DNA of 64,000 nt from positions 5,458,001 to 5,522,000 of the forward strand of contig NC_045698.1 of the NCBI RefSeq assembly GCF_009834535.1. The letters run 5' to 3'. The translations under genes were made by a program, and so were the position numbers. The notes under the pieces were generated by a model that saw nothing but the letters and a program-made list of their open reading frames with translations, was not told where the DNA came from and ran no database searches. Positions 1 to 12,550 of this stretch are shown piece by piece. Within the stretch, counting starts at the first letter, position 1. The number at the start of each line of letters is the position of its first letter. The DNA is from Camelus ferus (lineage: Eukaryota).

Positions 1-444
1 CTATGTGTTGTTACAATGTGATATGGTCTCATTCTGGTTGTGGCCCGGTCTGATCACCTACCATCAGTTTCCCCGGGGGCAGCCTCCACTCCTAACACTG
101 AAAAATCCCTCCAGTCTGCAGCCGTGGGCTGACATGGCGTGAGGCCCTCCGTTTTCAGCCTCCAAAGCATGTTGGGTATACGAGCCACTCTTTTAGGCTC
201 TGGGACAGAAATAGGGAGCCCATACCTTATGGGGACCACTTAAAGGCTGAGAGTGGAAATAAACCCACTGAGTAAAACATTTCAACATAATGCCCAGGGA
301 GTAACAGGTGTGCACAAAGCACAGTGGCACCAAGGGAGGGAGGTCAGCTCCTGGCTAGGCTGGGGTAGGAAGTGGACATGACCCATGTGCCCAGGAGGGA
401 CCACACCAGTGAAACCAGAGGCCCCAGGGAGGATGCTCCCTGCG

Positions 445-841
445 TGTTACGGGTGGAACTGCATCTTCCAAAAATTCGTATGTTGAAGTCCTAACCCCTC
501 ATACCTCAGAACATGACCTTATCTGGAAATCAGACTACTGGAGATGTAATTAGTTGAGGTCAGACTGGGGTAGGGTGGACCCCAGATCCAATAAGACTAG
601 TGTCCTTTAAAAAAAATTCGACACAAACACAAATAGGCAGAAAGGGAAGGTGCCATGAAGAGACACAGGGAGGAGACGGCCATCTGCAAGGCAGGGAACG
701 GATGCTCCCTCTAGCCCTAGGAAACAAGCAGCCCACCTGCACCTTGATTTCAGATGTTTAGCCCCCAGAAACTGAGATGATAAACTTCTGCTGTTTAATC
801 TGCCAGGTTTGTGGTACTGTGTTACAGCTCTAACAGATGCA
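445..841 (+). mobile_element. MaLR solo LTR, MLT1B/C-like
   Basis: tgttacgggtggaact...tgttgaagtcctaacccc...ttgtggtactgtgttacagc, typical MLT1 blocks. Confidence 0.8.
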
Positions 842-964
842 CGTGGTAAGGAGAAGGAGCCACCTCTTGAACTGTGGAAAATAAAAGTGGAAATAAAACA
901 AAGGTCACTGCAGGGGCGCCAGAGACCCAACCACGGCACACGCTGCTCCAGGTAAACCCAGCTG

Positions 965-1322
965 GTAGACCAGCTGGTCTGGTCAAGGTCACCAGTGTTT
1001 GGTCTCCTCTGCTGACTACATAAGAGGATTAATCTCGCCTCCTATTTGGATAGTGAAGCCATGTATCAGTTCTAACCAATGAACTGTGAGTGGAGGTGAC
1101 AGGTGACTTTTTGGTCTGAAGCATTTAAGAGCTGGTGCCAGGGACTCCCAGAGCTTCAAACTGAGATGCCAGCAGCTTCTATGAGGGACTGTCCTGGCTG
1201 AGGGCCATTCTGATCCCTGTTGGACACTCACTCAGCATGAGAAACAAGCCTTGTTTTAGGCCACTGAGACTTTGGGGATTGTTTGTTACTGCAGAATAAC
1301 CTAGCTTATCAAGACTGATGCA
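965..1322 (+). mobile_element. Old MaLR LTR (MLT1H-K-like)
   Basis: 3' end ttttaggccactgagactttggggattgtttgttactgcag...gactgatgca. Confidence 0.6.
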
Positions 1323-1689
1323 AGTGGATAAACAAGGAAGAAATACTGGCTACCATGTCCAGTCCACGGCGGGCCAGGGCGAGCATCTCTGGGGCTGTGG
1401 GCTTTAATATACCCAGAGCCTCTTCCCAGCTTTGGAAATGCTCCTCCTCCCAGAAGTTACACAAACTCTCACACAAATAGTTGGGGTAAGATGTTGTACA
1501 AACTGAGATCCAAGTCCTTTATTTTTTCCTCCATTTCAAACCATTTTGAATATAAATACACTGTTGTAAGTTTGAAGCAGACAAACGCTGCAAGGAAGAA
1601 ATAAGAGAAAAGAAATGTATGCGCTTTTCCATGGTGATTGCAGAGAGGGTTATACTAAGTGCTCACCAAACACATTTCCTCTTCCAAAA

Positions 1690-2248
1690 CAAATAGTTTC
1701 CATCACAGTTAAGCTGGGGCCAGGTGCCAGCTCTGGCCAGGGAATGTGGGTAAAACCAGTGGATACCACCTTCTAGGCCTGGTTCATAAGAAACTCTCCC
1801 ATTGGCCTCCATATTCTTTCCCTTGCTCGTTTGCCAGCAAATTAAAGGAGCCAGGGAAGGACCGCCAAGTCCCAAAGATTCTCAGGCCCCGGCAATAATG
1901 GAGCCAGTTTCCCAAGTGACTGCATTGAGAGGTGCTGCCCAAGAGAGACCCACATGTTGGGCTATATTTCATGACAGTATGTTTGTGTGCATAAGGCCAG
2001 CGGTGCACTTATGTTAACAACCTGTGCTCTGGATAAAGAAGACCTGATCTGTAGTGTTGGCTAATTTCTGTGGTGTAAATACTCCCGCCACGGCCAGTTT
2101 CAGGCTTCCCACTGAAGCCAGAGCTCAGACAGATGCTAAAAATCCCCTTTGTTGGTATGATCAGGCTCTGACACACCATCAGTGAAGGACTCTCAGGGTT
2201 TAGGGTCCATTTGTTTGCTCAGCACATCCTAGCCCACCCTGACTAATA
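1690..2248 (+). mobile_element. Old MaLR LTR interrupted by a hAT-Tip100-like MITE at about 2052-2181
   Basis: MLT1-type end ctagcccaccctgactaata; internal ggtgtaaatactcccgccacggcc...acaccatc block. Confidence 0.45.
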
Positions 2249-4659
2249 AGGTGGTGGCTATTGTCCTCTCCCCTCTTCATTGACCCCAGTCCTGCTCCCT
2301 CCCACCTTGAGGCTTCCAGGTACTGCGTGCCTACCCAGAGCTGTGTGATCTACTTTTAAAACTGAAGATGCCCGAGGGGACCGAAAGTGGTCGTCTTTGA
2401 TTCATAAGGGCCTCATTGTCCTGCTGAAAAATTCAGCGGCTTCTCCTTGGGAGCCTAGAGGTATATGAAGCCTAAGGAGGGCGTTTCCATTAATTTTAAC
2501 ATTGTTCAAAATTCTGTATCTCAGAAGGACTGTAGCTTGTCAAGGACATAATGTTAACTCTTTTTAATATGACAAAACTCAACTATTCTCTTTGGTTTGC
2601 GGCAAAGACTGTTTCCTCTCTGGTATGTTGAGATCACAAGTCTGGGGAAATTTTCATAACATTCCAAATAACCTGAATATTTTAGCAATGTAATAGGAAT
2701 GGAGCCAGCTACCTTCTAGAGAGTTACCAGATCCACCGAGACCAGCTCCCCATCTGCCCTCCTGTCCCCCAGAAATTCACATCAAGAAAGGGGCATTTCC
2801 AGGGGCTGAAACTCGAATCTAATCCTACAAGTGCCTCTTGGTCAAATATATTGGGGAAAATGCTGTTTGTTTTCACGTATCATTAGCTGCTTGTGCTTCT
2901 TAAAAGGGGGTGATTTTGAAGAAAACAGAAAAAAGACCAAGATATACTGCAGATATAAAAGCAAGCTGCAAATATATATATACATGGTTGTGTGATCGTG
3001 TGTGAACGTGTTATTTTTCAAAGTTCAACACACATCACATTCTTAAACACACGTGGAAGGGCAGACACCACGTGCTCACGGGAGGTCATGGTAGGAACAC
3101 GTTCCCCACCCCTGTGTTTCCTTCCAAGAGGAGGGACCTCTGCTAGAAGAGCACGCCCACCTGCTCCCCTCCCTCCCTCCCCCCTCCCTGGTGACCTGCC
3201 CCCTCCTCCCTCCCTGCCCTAGAGGAAGATGTTCAGCCCCACCCCCCCAGGCCATACATTCCCCAGGGCAGGTCACTGACCAGTGAACTAGCCCAGAGAG
3301 GAGAGAGGCAACCACAGTCCCCCCAAGAGGGGAGCAAGGTCAAGGGTAACCTAAACAGCAGATAATCCAAAAGAAAACCTCTGTTTAGTCTAAGAGGCTG
3401 GGCTTGTGCACTGGTGACGCGGCTTCTCGTTTAGTAAGTCCACACCACTTTATCCCTTCCTCGCCAGTCCATCAGCAGGTACGCACGGCGCACCAACTAT
3501 GAGACCTGCGGGAACTCTCGATTGCTGAGGACAGAGCAGTGATAAAAATAAATCTCTGTCCTCATGGAGCTCATGTTTTAAAGGGAGAGGGGAAAAGAAC
3601 CCAAAATAACTCAGGAAAATATTTAGTAGGTTAGGTACTAATAGATGTGATGGAGAAGCTCAGTAGGAGGGAGGCAGGAAGTTGGGGGGGGTGGCACAAT
3701 CGCATTCAGGTAGCACACACTGTGACTGCAAGGCACATGGGTGCCAGAGTCTGCCGGACAACAGAGAGACACTCTTAACAGGTGGGTCAGCAGCAGAACC
3801 GGAGCTTACCCGTCCTCCACGGACCTAGGAGTGGCCGAGACAGGGTGGCAGAGGTGCTTGGTGCCCAAAGGTGCGGAGGCTCCACCCAGAAGGGGCTCTG
3901 GGAGCTGGAATTGAATACCTCCTGGTCCTTGACATCGACATCGACCCTTCAGAGACCCCCTCCACCCTGTGCACATCTGTACAGTCAACACCCATCATCA
4001 TGTTTACCAAGTGCTTGGCTGCACTTGGCAAAGGGAAATTCAGTATCAGAAGCGTAAAGAAAGAGCCCTTTGCCTCCACGTCTCCACCACACACCAAGAA
4101 AAGCCCGCTAATCCCACCCAAACTCAGGTGGGGTGTCCTGAGCACAGCCCCCCTCAGCACAGAGCCACCCACGCCGCAAATGAGCACGAGGGAAAGCGTC
4201 TTCTAAAACTGCCTAGGAATTTTTTTTTTAATGTAGCTCTTAGACTTTGAGAAATTTAATCAAAATCTTCAGAAAAGGGCATTCTCCTTTGATTTAGCTT
4301 TTCCATTTCTGTAGCAGAAATGGTGCACTAGGCAGAAGAAGAAAAAAGTAATTTAAAAACTGCAGAAGTAATTGAACTGCATCTGTGCAACACTATTTTA
4401 TAGTATAGCAGCCCACACTGCAAGAGGCCCCCGGGGAGCAGGGCAGGAGCTGAGAGCATTTTTGCTGGCAGCTTTAGAGGACAAATTTGTCAAGATCTGG
4501 GACATTACTGGGGTTTTAAATAAGTGTGCTGCGGTGAGGGATGTCACTTAGGGCTCACGCAGGGGAGAGGCCTTAGAAGATTAGGAACCACCAGAGTGAC
4601 ACTCAGACAACCGCCTCACCTGTGTTAATTTCCAACAGTGAACAAGGGTGGAGGATAAA

Positions 4660-4962
4660 AGACTGGCCCCTGGGACCCAACCATCAGTGAAAGTATTACC
4701 ACTGATTAGATTCCTGTCTCGTTGCAGAAATAATTCAGAGACAAGACACAGAGGTCAAGAAACTAAAGTGGGGGTTTATTAAGGGATGGACAGTATGCTC
4801 TCAAGGGGAGGGCAGGCAGGCTCAGGCAGCTGCCATGCTGAGTTTCTTTGGCAAGCTGGTTACGCAGAGTGTAAAAATGAACGGTAGAATATTCATTGCT
4901 CAAAGCCAAGCAGAGACTGCCAACAGATACAGGAGATTCTCCTGGCTGAGGTTTGTCTGACA
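4660..4962 (-). mobile_element. ERV1-type LTR fragment
   Basis: Minus strand starts TGTCAGAC and contains AATAAACCC followed by U5-like pyrimidine-rich sequence. Confidence 0.5.
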
Positions 4963-5368
4963 ATTTGCTGGGGCTGCCAAAATGAAGTACCCAGCCCGGG
5001 TAAACAACAGAAATTTACTGTTTCACAATTCTGGTGGCCAAAGTCTGAGACAAGGTGTCAACAGGGTTGCTTCCTTCTGAGGGCCATGAGCGAAGGGTCT
5101 GTTCCCAGCCTCTCTCCTTGGCTTGTAGATGGCTGTCTTCTCCCTGTCTATTCACAGCATGTCCCCTCTCTGCATGCCTATCTTTGTGCCCAAATTTCCT
5201 CCTTTGATAGATACCTGTCATTTTGGACTAGAGCCCCTCACTAATGACCTCACTTTAATTTGATTACCTCTGTAAAGACCCTGTCACCAAATAAAGTCAC
5301 ATTCAGAGGCGCTGGGGATGAGGACTCTAACATAAGAAGGTTAGGGGGACATAATTCAACCCACAACA
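4963..5368 (-). mobile_element. MaLR solo LTR, MLT1B-like
   Basis: aacaacagaaatttactgtttcacaattctgg...ataattcaacccacaaca, reverse MLT1 signature. Confidence 0.8.
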
Positions 5369-6551
5369 GTGGTCTAAACTAGGAACTAGTGCTTCTGTGT
5401 GTACGGCTCGGCTCCACAGCATTCTTTCCCATTCCCACGTGGCAAGCACTCAGATGTGTGCTGATCTGGTCTAAACGGGGATTCATTTGGGCTCTGTGGA
5501 TGGTGGGTGGGGAGAAGGAAAGGAAGGCTGTGTTTTGTGGGAATACCTTACACATCAGGAGGGAAAGACCTCTTTCCTCCCAGGCTGCTTAATCTCTATC
5601 CTTGTTCAGGTACTCATCACCCCTGCAGGCTGAGCATCTCCCATCAATGGTCCTTTTAATAAGGAAGCCCCTGCATCCCCGGCTGCAGGACACGCTGCGG
5701 CAGGAGGCAGTGCAAGGCAGTGGATGGAGACTTTCAGAAAAACATGGAGAAGAAAGGATTAGACCACCCCCACAAGCTCTGAACTTGCTTCTTTTCCTTT
5801 GCCTTTTCTTCCTGCTTTGGCTGCAGGCGGGCCTTCGCAGCCCGGCGGGCTCTTCCAGGGGGCGCTGTGTGCAGATGGGGCCAGACCACAATCTTACTTG
5901 GGTCCCGGTCGCTCTCTCCCTGCAAGCGGCTGTTCAGATCTGCCTGTGGTTTCCTTCGGTTTGCAGGGGAGGTTTTAGGAGGCTTTCCGTGCCCTGGGCG
6001 GTCCAGGCAGTCACTGCTGCGAAAGCTTTCAGGCAGTGACTTGTTTCCGGGCTACCCCAGGCCTGCAGAAGACGGACCCCAGAGGGAGCAGTGACCCTGC
6101 CGGCTGGGCAGCCCCGGCGCTCCCGAGACCCTCCTCCAGGTCCTCGGCACAAGGGTCACACTTGCTGCTCCAGGTAGAAGTAGTTGAAGCCCAGCGCTCT
6201 CCTTCACTTCCCTGACACACCCTCAAATGGCTCCGAATACCGGTCGAATATTCCCGTGCCCACCCGACCCTGCACGCCCGGCCCCCCAGCCCCTCAGCCC
6301 CTCCTCCCAGATGAACATTCCCCCCTCCCTCCTACACACTCGGCTCCGCCCCTGTCCATCCTCCAGCGCTGGGGATGGAGCCATCCTAATTCTGGAAGTC
6401 TTAGTAGCTGTACTCTGGGGTCTAGGAGCCCCAGAGGGAGGCCGCTCTCCCACCTTCCCACCCACTGTGACCCTGCTCTCCCTGACTCCCTGCACCCCGA
6501 CCCGAACCCCTCACAGTCTGTGCCACTCACACTCGCCCCGGCCCTTCTGTG

Positions 6552-6780
6552 AAGCCCCGCCCCCAGAGTCCTAGCCCGGAGTTGCAGCCCTGCCCCTCCG
6601 ACCCACTACACTTCGTAGTGTAGCCCCGCCCCGCCCCGCAGCCCCGCCCCCAGAGCCTTCCCCGGCGGTGTAGCCCCGCCTCCAGCACCCTCTTGAGCAG
6701 TAATAGCCCCGTCCCATCCCTCCTCCCGCCGCCCCCTCCCCGGCAGTGCAGCCCCGCCCCCAGAGCCCCTTCCCCGGTCC
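6552..6780. repeat. Degenerate GC-rich minisatellite, core AGCCCCGCCCCCAGAG
   Basis: About seven imperfect copies of (t/c)agccccgccc at irregular spacing of roughly 20-55 bp. Confidence 0.65.
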
Positions 6781-6885
6781 CTCCTCGCCCTCAATTCCGC
6801 CCCGCGCCCCAGCCAAGCCTAGGTCTCGGGCTCTCCAGCCCGGCCCGCCCGCCGGCCCTCCGCGCAGCCCCGCCCGGCCGCTCAC

Positions 6886-7029
6886 CCTGCCCTGGCGGTA
6901 GTAGTAGCTGTGCTCCTTGGGGTCCAGGCGCCGCGGCGGCACGTAGCTGAAGGCGGACTGCGCCGAGATGGGAGGCGGCCGGGGCTTGCCCTGCAGCGTG
7001 GCGGCGGTGATCTCCTCGTCGTCCTCCAT
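6886..7029 (-). CDS. CFAP90: CFAP90/C5orf49 coding exon 1 (48 codons); remaining exons not found in window
   Basis: Translates [48 protein letters not shown], recognisable as the C5orf49 N-terminus; followed by donor AGG|gtgagc; lies in a CpG island; synteny with FASTKD3/MTRR. Confidence 0.93.
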
Positions 7030-7133
7030 GCCGTCCGGTCCAGCGGCCCCGCGGCCGCCCTGCTCCGTCCCGCCCGCGGAGGAGCGCAGTCCAGGTGCGG
7101 CCGCCTCAGGCTGCCGGGCGCTCGCGTTCTGCC

Positions 7134-7146
7134 GTCGCCTGGAAAC
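7134..7146. promoter_or_regulatory. RFX X-box candidate GTCGCCTGGAAAC
   Basis: Resembles the RFX X-box (GTTGCCATGGCAAC type); about 105-117 bp upstream of the ATG of a ciliary gene. Confidence 0.65.
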
Positions 7147-8517
7147 CGGGGCCGCGCGAGCGGAGGCTGGGGGTGGGGCGGGGCCTGAGGGGCGGGGCCT
7201 GGGGCCGACCCGCCCCCTCCCTCCTGGCACCTCTCATTCGGGTTCTCCCCTTAGTGCGTCCGGGGAGCCCCAGCTGCTAACGCTGCGGGGTCGGTGTTCC
7301 CTGGTGGGAGGCGCCTCTTGGATCCGCACTTTCCAACCTGCTTACCTTTCCCCGCGCAGTGTTGGTTCCTTCACACACAGACCACTGTTCCTTGGGCAGT
7401 TAATGACCTCGCATCTACTGTGTGCCAGCGCTGAGGATATAGCCTTGAACCAAGCAGCCCTCGTCCGTCTGGATCTGACAGTCTGGTGAGGAAGACAGGT
7501 GACAGCCGTGAGAAGAACAAGTAACTTGAAGAGGGTCTGGAGCATCGCCTCCGAAGAGGAACATAGAGCTGCACGTGTAATTTAAAACTTGCTGGTAACC
7601 ACACTCTCACCCTCCCCTGGGTAGAAATCCTAAAAGCGCCAGCAAAGAAAAAAAAAGTTCTCATAATCTACTACTTCTCTCAACCTCTGCAACCTCTTTT
7701 AAAGACCGGACATAGGCGGTCAGCTAACGGGCAGGAGGCTTCATAAGCTTTGCGTAGATCATCCGGTATCACCTTCGTAAAATGGAAGCAGTTGACACCA
7801 ATTATCTTGAGAACTCAGCTAAAACTGAGACTGAAATCGATTCATTGTAAAATCTTTTTCTGCAGTTATGTGGAGGTGCGTCTGCTAGCTTCAATTTCAG
7901 TAGGTGACATTTTGTTCTGCCCTGTGACCTGACTGCTGTGGAGGGCACGTTTACAGACATACATTGTTTTCCTCTGATGGCTCAAGTCTGGCACAGGGTA
8001 GGTACGCAACATATACTTGGTGACTCGGTAGAGAAATACAGTGCCATAGTTTGGGTTCCTTCTGAAGGTGAGTCTGGGACAAGGGCTTGGATGCTCTATT
8101 TGGGGAGGAGTGAGGGGCCAGAAGAGTGAGAGCAGCAGGAAGGTCAATGGAAGGCTAAATTCTCAAGGTCACCTCTGAAGGCAGCTGGAGTTCAGCCTTG
8201 CCCAGGAATTTCTTTGGAGCCTGGGGCACGCCTCTCAGAATCTCCCGCCAACTCAACAAGGAGGCTCATTTTTATCTCTTATTCCCAGTCCTTGTAGGGT
8301 GAGACTTCTTTCTGGATTGTTCACTCCTGACCTTGTATGTCCTCTGCCCAGCACTGCCCAGACTCCCCTGAGGGTTTCCTCGGAGTCAGAGAAGCCCTGG
8401 GGCTGACAGTGAAAGGCACGGGGCATGTACTTGAGGTGCGATGCTGGTTTCAGGAGGTAGTCTGCAGTCTCACGGAATGGCCACCACTCCGAGGGTGGAT
8501 CCAGATGCGAGAGGTTG

Positions 8518-9110
8518 TGTTAGTGGATAGAGACACCCCTAAATTAAGAAGCCTACCAAAGAGTGGGTCCCTGCTGCTGGCTGTGAAAGATTTCACAGCA
8601 GAGGCAGAGGGACAAGGTGAAAAAGCTACTCTATTGCTCAGAAGAGGAAGAGGACAGAAAGCGCCTGAGGAGGGAGAAGGAAAGAAAGTTGCTCTAGCGA
8701 GGAAAAGGTACTCGAGTGGGGAGCCATTAGCCAAGATGGCCAGTAGAGACAGCTCTATCCTGGGTCAGCCGTCTGGACTTTTGGGGAAGGATCTGCCATC
8801 ACGTCCTCCTTCAGTTGTGTTGGAACCAGTCAGTCCTTGTACGGGCTTGTCCGGTTGTTGTCATGGCAACCGTCAACTGTCCTGGTGCTGGTGGGTGTGT
8901 CATTTAGCATGGTAATGCATTACAATGAGCATATAATGAGGTTCAAGGTCCACTGGATGTCAAATCCTCTGCCATCTTGGGCTTAGTTTGTTCTAACCAG
9001 TTCTTGTTTCTCCCCTTTGTAGCTGCCTCCTGAGACTTAGATAAGAGTAATTGGGTTCTATTCGAGGAAGGAGCAGAGGTATGATCCTGGGGGCAACAGT
9101 CTCTGTAACA
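8518..9110 (-). mobile_element. ERV1-type solo LTR (about 590 bp)
   Basis: TGTTA...TAACA inverted termini; LTR-like internal organisation; family and orientation inferred. Confidence 0.6.
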
Positions 9111-9383
9111 AGGGGTGTAAACAAGAGGCAGGGGTTAGGGGAAGCCCCTCAGGGTCCTGCTTGGTATCAGCTGCCAGGCGTGACTCAGAGGTGGAGGAAA
9201 CAATGGGTAAGATGAACTTTGCTATTTTCAATTATCAAGAGATTTTAGTTCCTTTTTTAAAAAAATATTTTCCTATATGATCCTAATATATATTCCAGGT
9301 GCATAAGTGGAATACAAGGTCAAAGAGTCTAATTTGTTTAATTCCCTTGTGTCTTTGACTTGTACCTTCAAAGTTCTGCACGG

Positions 9384-9411
9384 GGGAAGGGAAGGGAAGG
9401 GAAGGGAAGGA
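9384..9411. repeat. (GGAAG)n microsatellite
   Basis: Five consecutive GGGAA units. Confidence 0.85.
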
Positions 9412-10482
9412 TAAAAGAATGAAAACCCTACGGTCAAAGGAAGTGGATTAATAGTACAAGAAGGCACACTGAGTGTGGGTTAACTCTGCAGGAGGTCAGG
9501 GCAGCTTTGTTTCAAATGACAACCTTAGTAGTTTGGAATGTCCACCCTCCAAAGCCCATTCCAGCATCATGGAAGCTATCCTGGCACTAGGATGGAGCTG
9601 ACATTGGGTGACAACGTTGCACAGGTCTGATTTAGGCAGATGTGAGTGCACTGACTACTGTTCATGCAGCCTGTTCTGCGGATCTGCCAGGACCTCTCTG
9701 CCTGCAGCTCCCTGCTGGGAGTTGGGAGAAATACATTGGAGGGCCGTCTCCACTGCAGGACCTTGCGCAGTTCCCAGGAGCATAGGCAGTGCCTGGTCTA
9801 AACTGCAGCTGGAACCTGTGCCATTTCTCTTGACATCTGGGCAGAATGTAAACGTGGAGAGACCCAGTGGGGAGAATGTCTGTTAATTTCAGGCAGGGGA
9901 GGAGAAAGCAGAGGAGGGCACTTTTCTGTGACATTAGCATGCCATGTGTCACGTTGGTAGTGGCTTCAGCATATCTTGCGTAGCATTTATGTTTTATTTG
10001 TCGTGTGTTCTCATAAACCAACACACCTGTTAAGTTCAGGAGAACCCTCTGGTTCTTCATGCTGATGAGAAAACTGAGATGTAGGCAGGATAAGTGACTG
10101 GATGCAGGGGACACAGCCAGTGAGTCCTCCTGAAAGATGTATGAAATCTCTAGAAAGGGAGGGGCTGCTCTGGGGGAAGCTTTTTGTCCTTGGGGCCCTT
10201 GGGCTTTTCAGAGATGGAGCTATGGCCTGGAAAAAGCACAAAGCACAAAGCTTTAGCCAGTGATTCTCAGCAGCACACAGACACAGCTGAGGGACACAAA
10301 ACATCAGATGGTCTGCTCTCCACCTTGCAAACCCGTGTTAACTGAGGCAGAGAGAGGAGGGAAAATCATCGTGAATACATTAACACAGCCTCATCTTTCT
10401 AAAACATCTTCTGTTGAAAATGCAAAAATTTCACAAGGTTGACATCTCCATTTTAAATTTAAAAGTTTTATAATTACTTTGG

Positions 10483-10620
10483 TTTTTTTTAATTAAAAAG
10501 ATTTTACAGGAAGGTAATTAGGTTTATTTATTTATTTGTTTATTTATTTTTTAATAAATCGAACCCAGGACCTTGTGCATGCTAAGCATGCACTCTGCCA
10601 CTGAGTTATACCCTCCCCCC
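10483..10620 (-). mobile_element. tRNA-derived SINE (Vic-1-like)
   Basis: Minus strand GGGGAGGGTATAACTCAGTGG...GGGTTCGAT, then AAAT-rich tail with AAACCTAATTACC. Confidence 0.85.
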
Positions 10621-11429
10621 TTAATTATTTTGTTTTAAATTTCACTGTAAACTCATTTAAAGTGGCTTAGAATAATTGGACTTTGATTCACAGGCTTTAA
10701 AAATGGCTTAAAATTACTTGGATTAAGGACTACTCTGCATGTGGCTGGTTTTATGATGGTTCAGAGTAAGAGGGATGGATGGACAAACAGAGATCTGTAA
10801 CTGGCAAGGAGGAGAACTGGCTGTGTGTGTACCCAGCAAATCTAACGGTCATTATGAACTCAAGGGTTATGAAATGATGTTCCTGCCTCACCTCTTCCAA
10901 ATTCCCCATCGGTGCTCTTTGACCTTGAGAATAGCAGCATGACCTTGGCTCCTGGATCAGGGGAGACACTGCCCGCCCTCCAAATCATCTTTACCAGATC
11001 TTGGGCACAGGCAGTGGACTGTGGTTAGATTAACAAACCTTTACCTTATCTGACACCTCTTCCCTGGGAAAGATGTGTGAATACTGCCAGGAGATTTAGA
11101 AACCATGTTTGTCATCAGGTTTTTCCTGTAGGCTGGCTCCTTCAATTGATGGAGTCCCTGTGGCTGGTCACTTTAAGCTTATGAATCAAGACATAAACAT
11201 ATAAATTTAATTTTGGTTTGTTCACTTTGTTGATTTTGAAATAAAAATGACTATGATTTTATACGATGTGTCAAATGAAAAGCGCCCCGCACTGACAGCC
11301 CTAGCGATGAGCAGTACCGCCTGGAGGAATCAGGCCTCCTCACAGAGGGCAGGCCCGGGTCTGAGGCAGGAGATGGTAAGTGAGACTGGGACATCCTGTT
11401 CTGCCAAGAAATTTTCAAAAAGTAATGTG

Positions 11430-12550
11430 TCAAGGTCAAAAGGACAAAGAGGCCAACCTGAAGGGTATCCCACTGATCTCAACTAGGACAATTTAAGCTT
11501 CTAAAAGATGACTGTAATGAATTAATGCACATCAACTATATAAAATTTCATAAATATCCTAAAGCAAACAAACAAACAAAAAAAAAAAAACTGACCAGCA
11601 ACCAGCTCTTTATTGAAAAACTTGATATAAGGAAAGACTCATTTATCTTGTTTTCTTTTTCCCTATATGAACCTTATTTTAGAGTTCACCAATAGTTGGC
11701 AGGAGAAATTTCTTTTTTGGGGGGGGAAGTAATTAGGTTTATTTATTTATTTATTATTACTTTTGATGGAGGTACTAGGGAATTGAACTCAGGACCTCTG
11801 GCATGCTAAGCACTGCACTCTACCACTGAGCTATACTCTTCTCCAGAAATTCCTTCTTTACAGATGAAAACAAGATAATAAAAGGAGAAGAAATGATAGA
11901 GTTATGAAATCTTTTTTAGACACCTGCTGGAATAATGAATCTAGGTAAGAGTCACCTAAGATGTTAAAGCCAATGGGAGAAAGGGTGATGGGGACCCTAT
12001 ATTGGACGGATGAGGCTGGTGACCCAGGAACTCACCATCAATCTTAATGACTATCACTAAGAGGAGACAACGCGACATTGTGGTATGAGGCAAAGCAAAC
12101 ACACAGCACCACCTCTGAAGCATCCTTGCTGAAAAAATTAGCCTGAATCTAAGCAAGCCTCTAGGTCGAACTTGTAGTTTTACAGGAGATGCAGCAAGTA
12201 GAGGAACCAGTCACAAAATGCCAAATCAATACTGTAGGATGTTTTTACAGGGCAACTGATCTAATTTCTCTAATAAACCAATGACATGGAAGCTAGGTTA
12301 GGGAGGGGAGCAGTTATAGACAGGAGACTGAAAACTGAGTAGTATAGCACCTGAAAGCAGTGTGTGGCCTTTGTTCAGCTCCTGATTCAAACAAATCAAC
12401 AATTAAAGACTACTTCTGAGCCAGCATAGGAAACTTAGAATATAGACCGGGTATCAAATGTCCATAGGCAGTAAGTATTAGTTTTGTTAGTTGTAATAAT
12501 GGCGAAATAAAGACAAAGGAAAATGTTTATTGGCAATGGATGCATACTTT
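11430..12550 (+). mobile_element. Old L1 (L1MC/ME-like) 3' region, interrupted by a SINE
   Basis: Degenerate L1 3'UTR-like blocks such as ttaatgactatcactaa and cctgattcaaacaaatcaac. Confidence 0.5.
11712..11844 (-). mobile_element. tRNA-derived SINE (Vic-1-like)
   Basis: Same A/B-box head and tail; imperfect agaaatt target-site duplication. Confidence 0.85.

Larger units (their letters stand above)
6560..7320. promoter_or_regulatory. CpG island / CFAP90 promoter with GC boxes
   Basis: Very GC- and CpG-rich; GGGGCGGGG boxes near 7175-7200; spans the first exon. Confidence 0.85.

Noticed and set aside
1..290. Possible 3' end of an LTR ending ...aaacatttcaaca
   Set aside because: Truncated by the window edge; family cannot be supported by eye.
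6571..7489. Long overlapping ORFs (219 aa minus, 173 aa plus)
   Set aside because: Stop-poor CpG-island artefacts; only 6886-7029 resembles a known protein.
8337..8915. 192-aa ORF
   Set aside because: Mostly inside an LTR; no recognisable domain.
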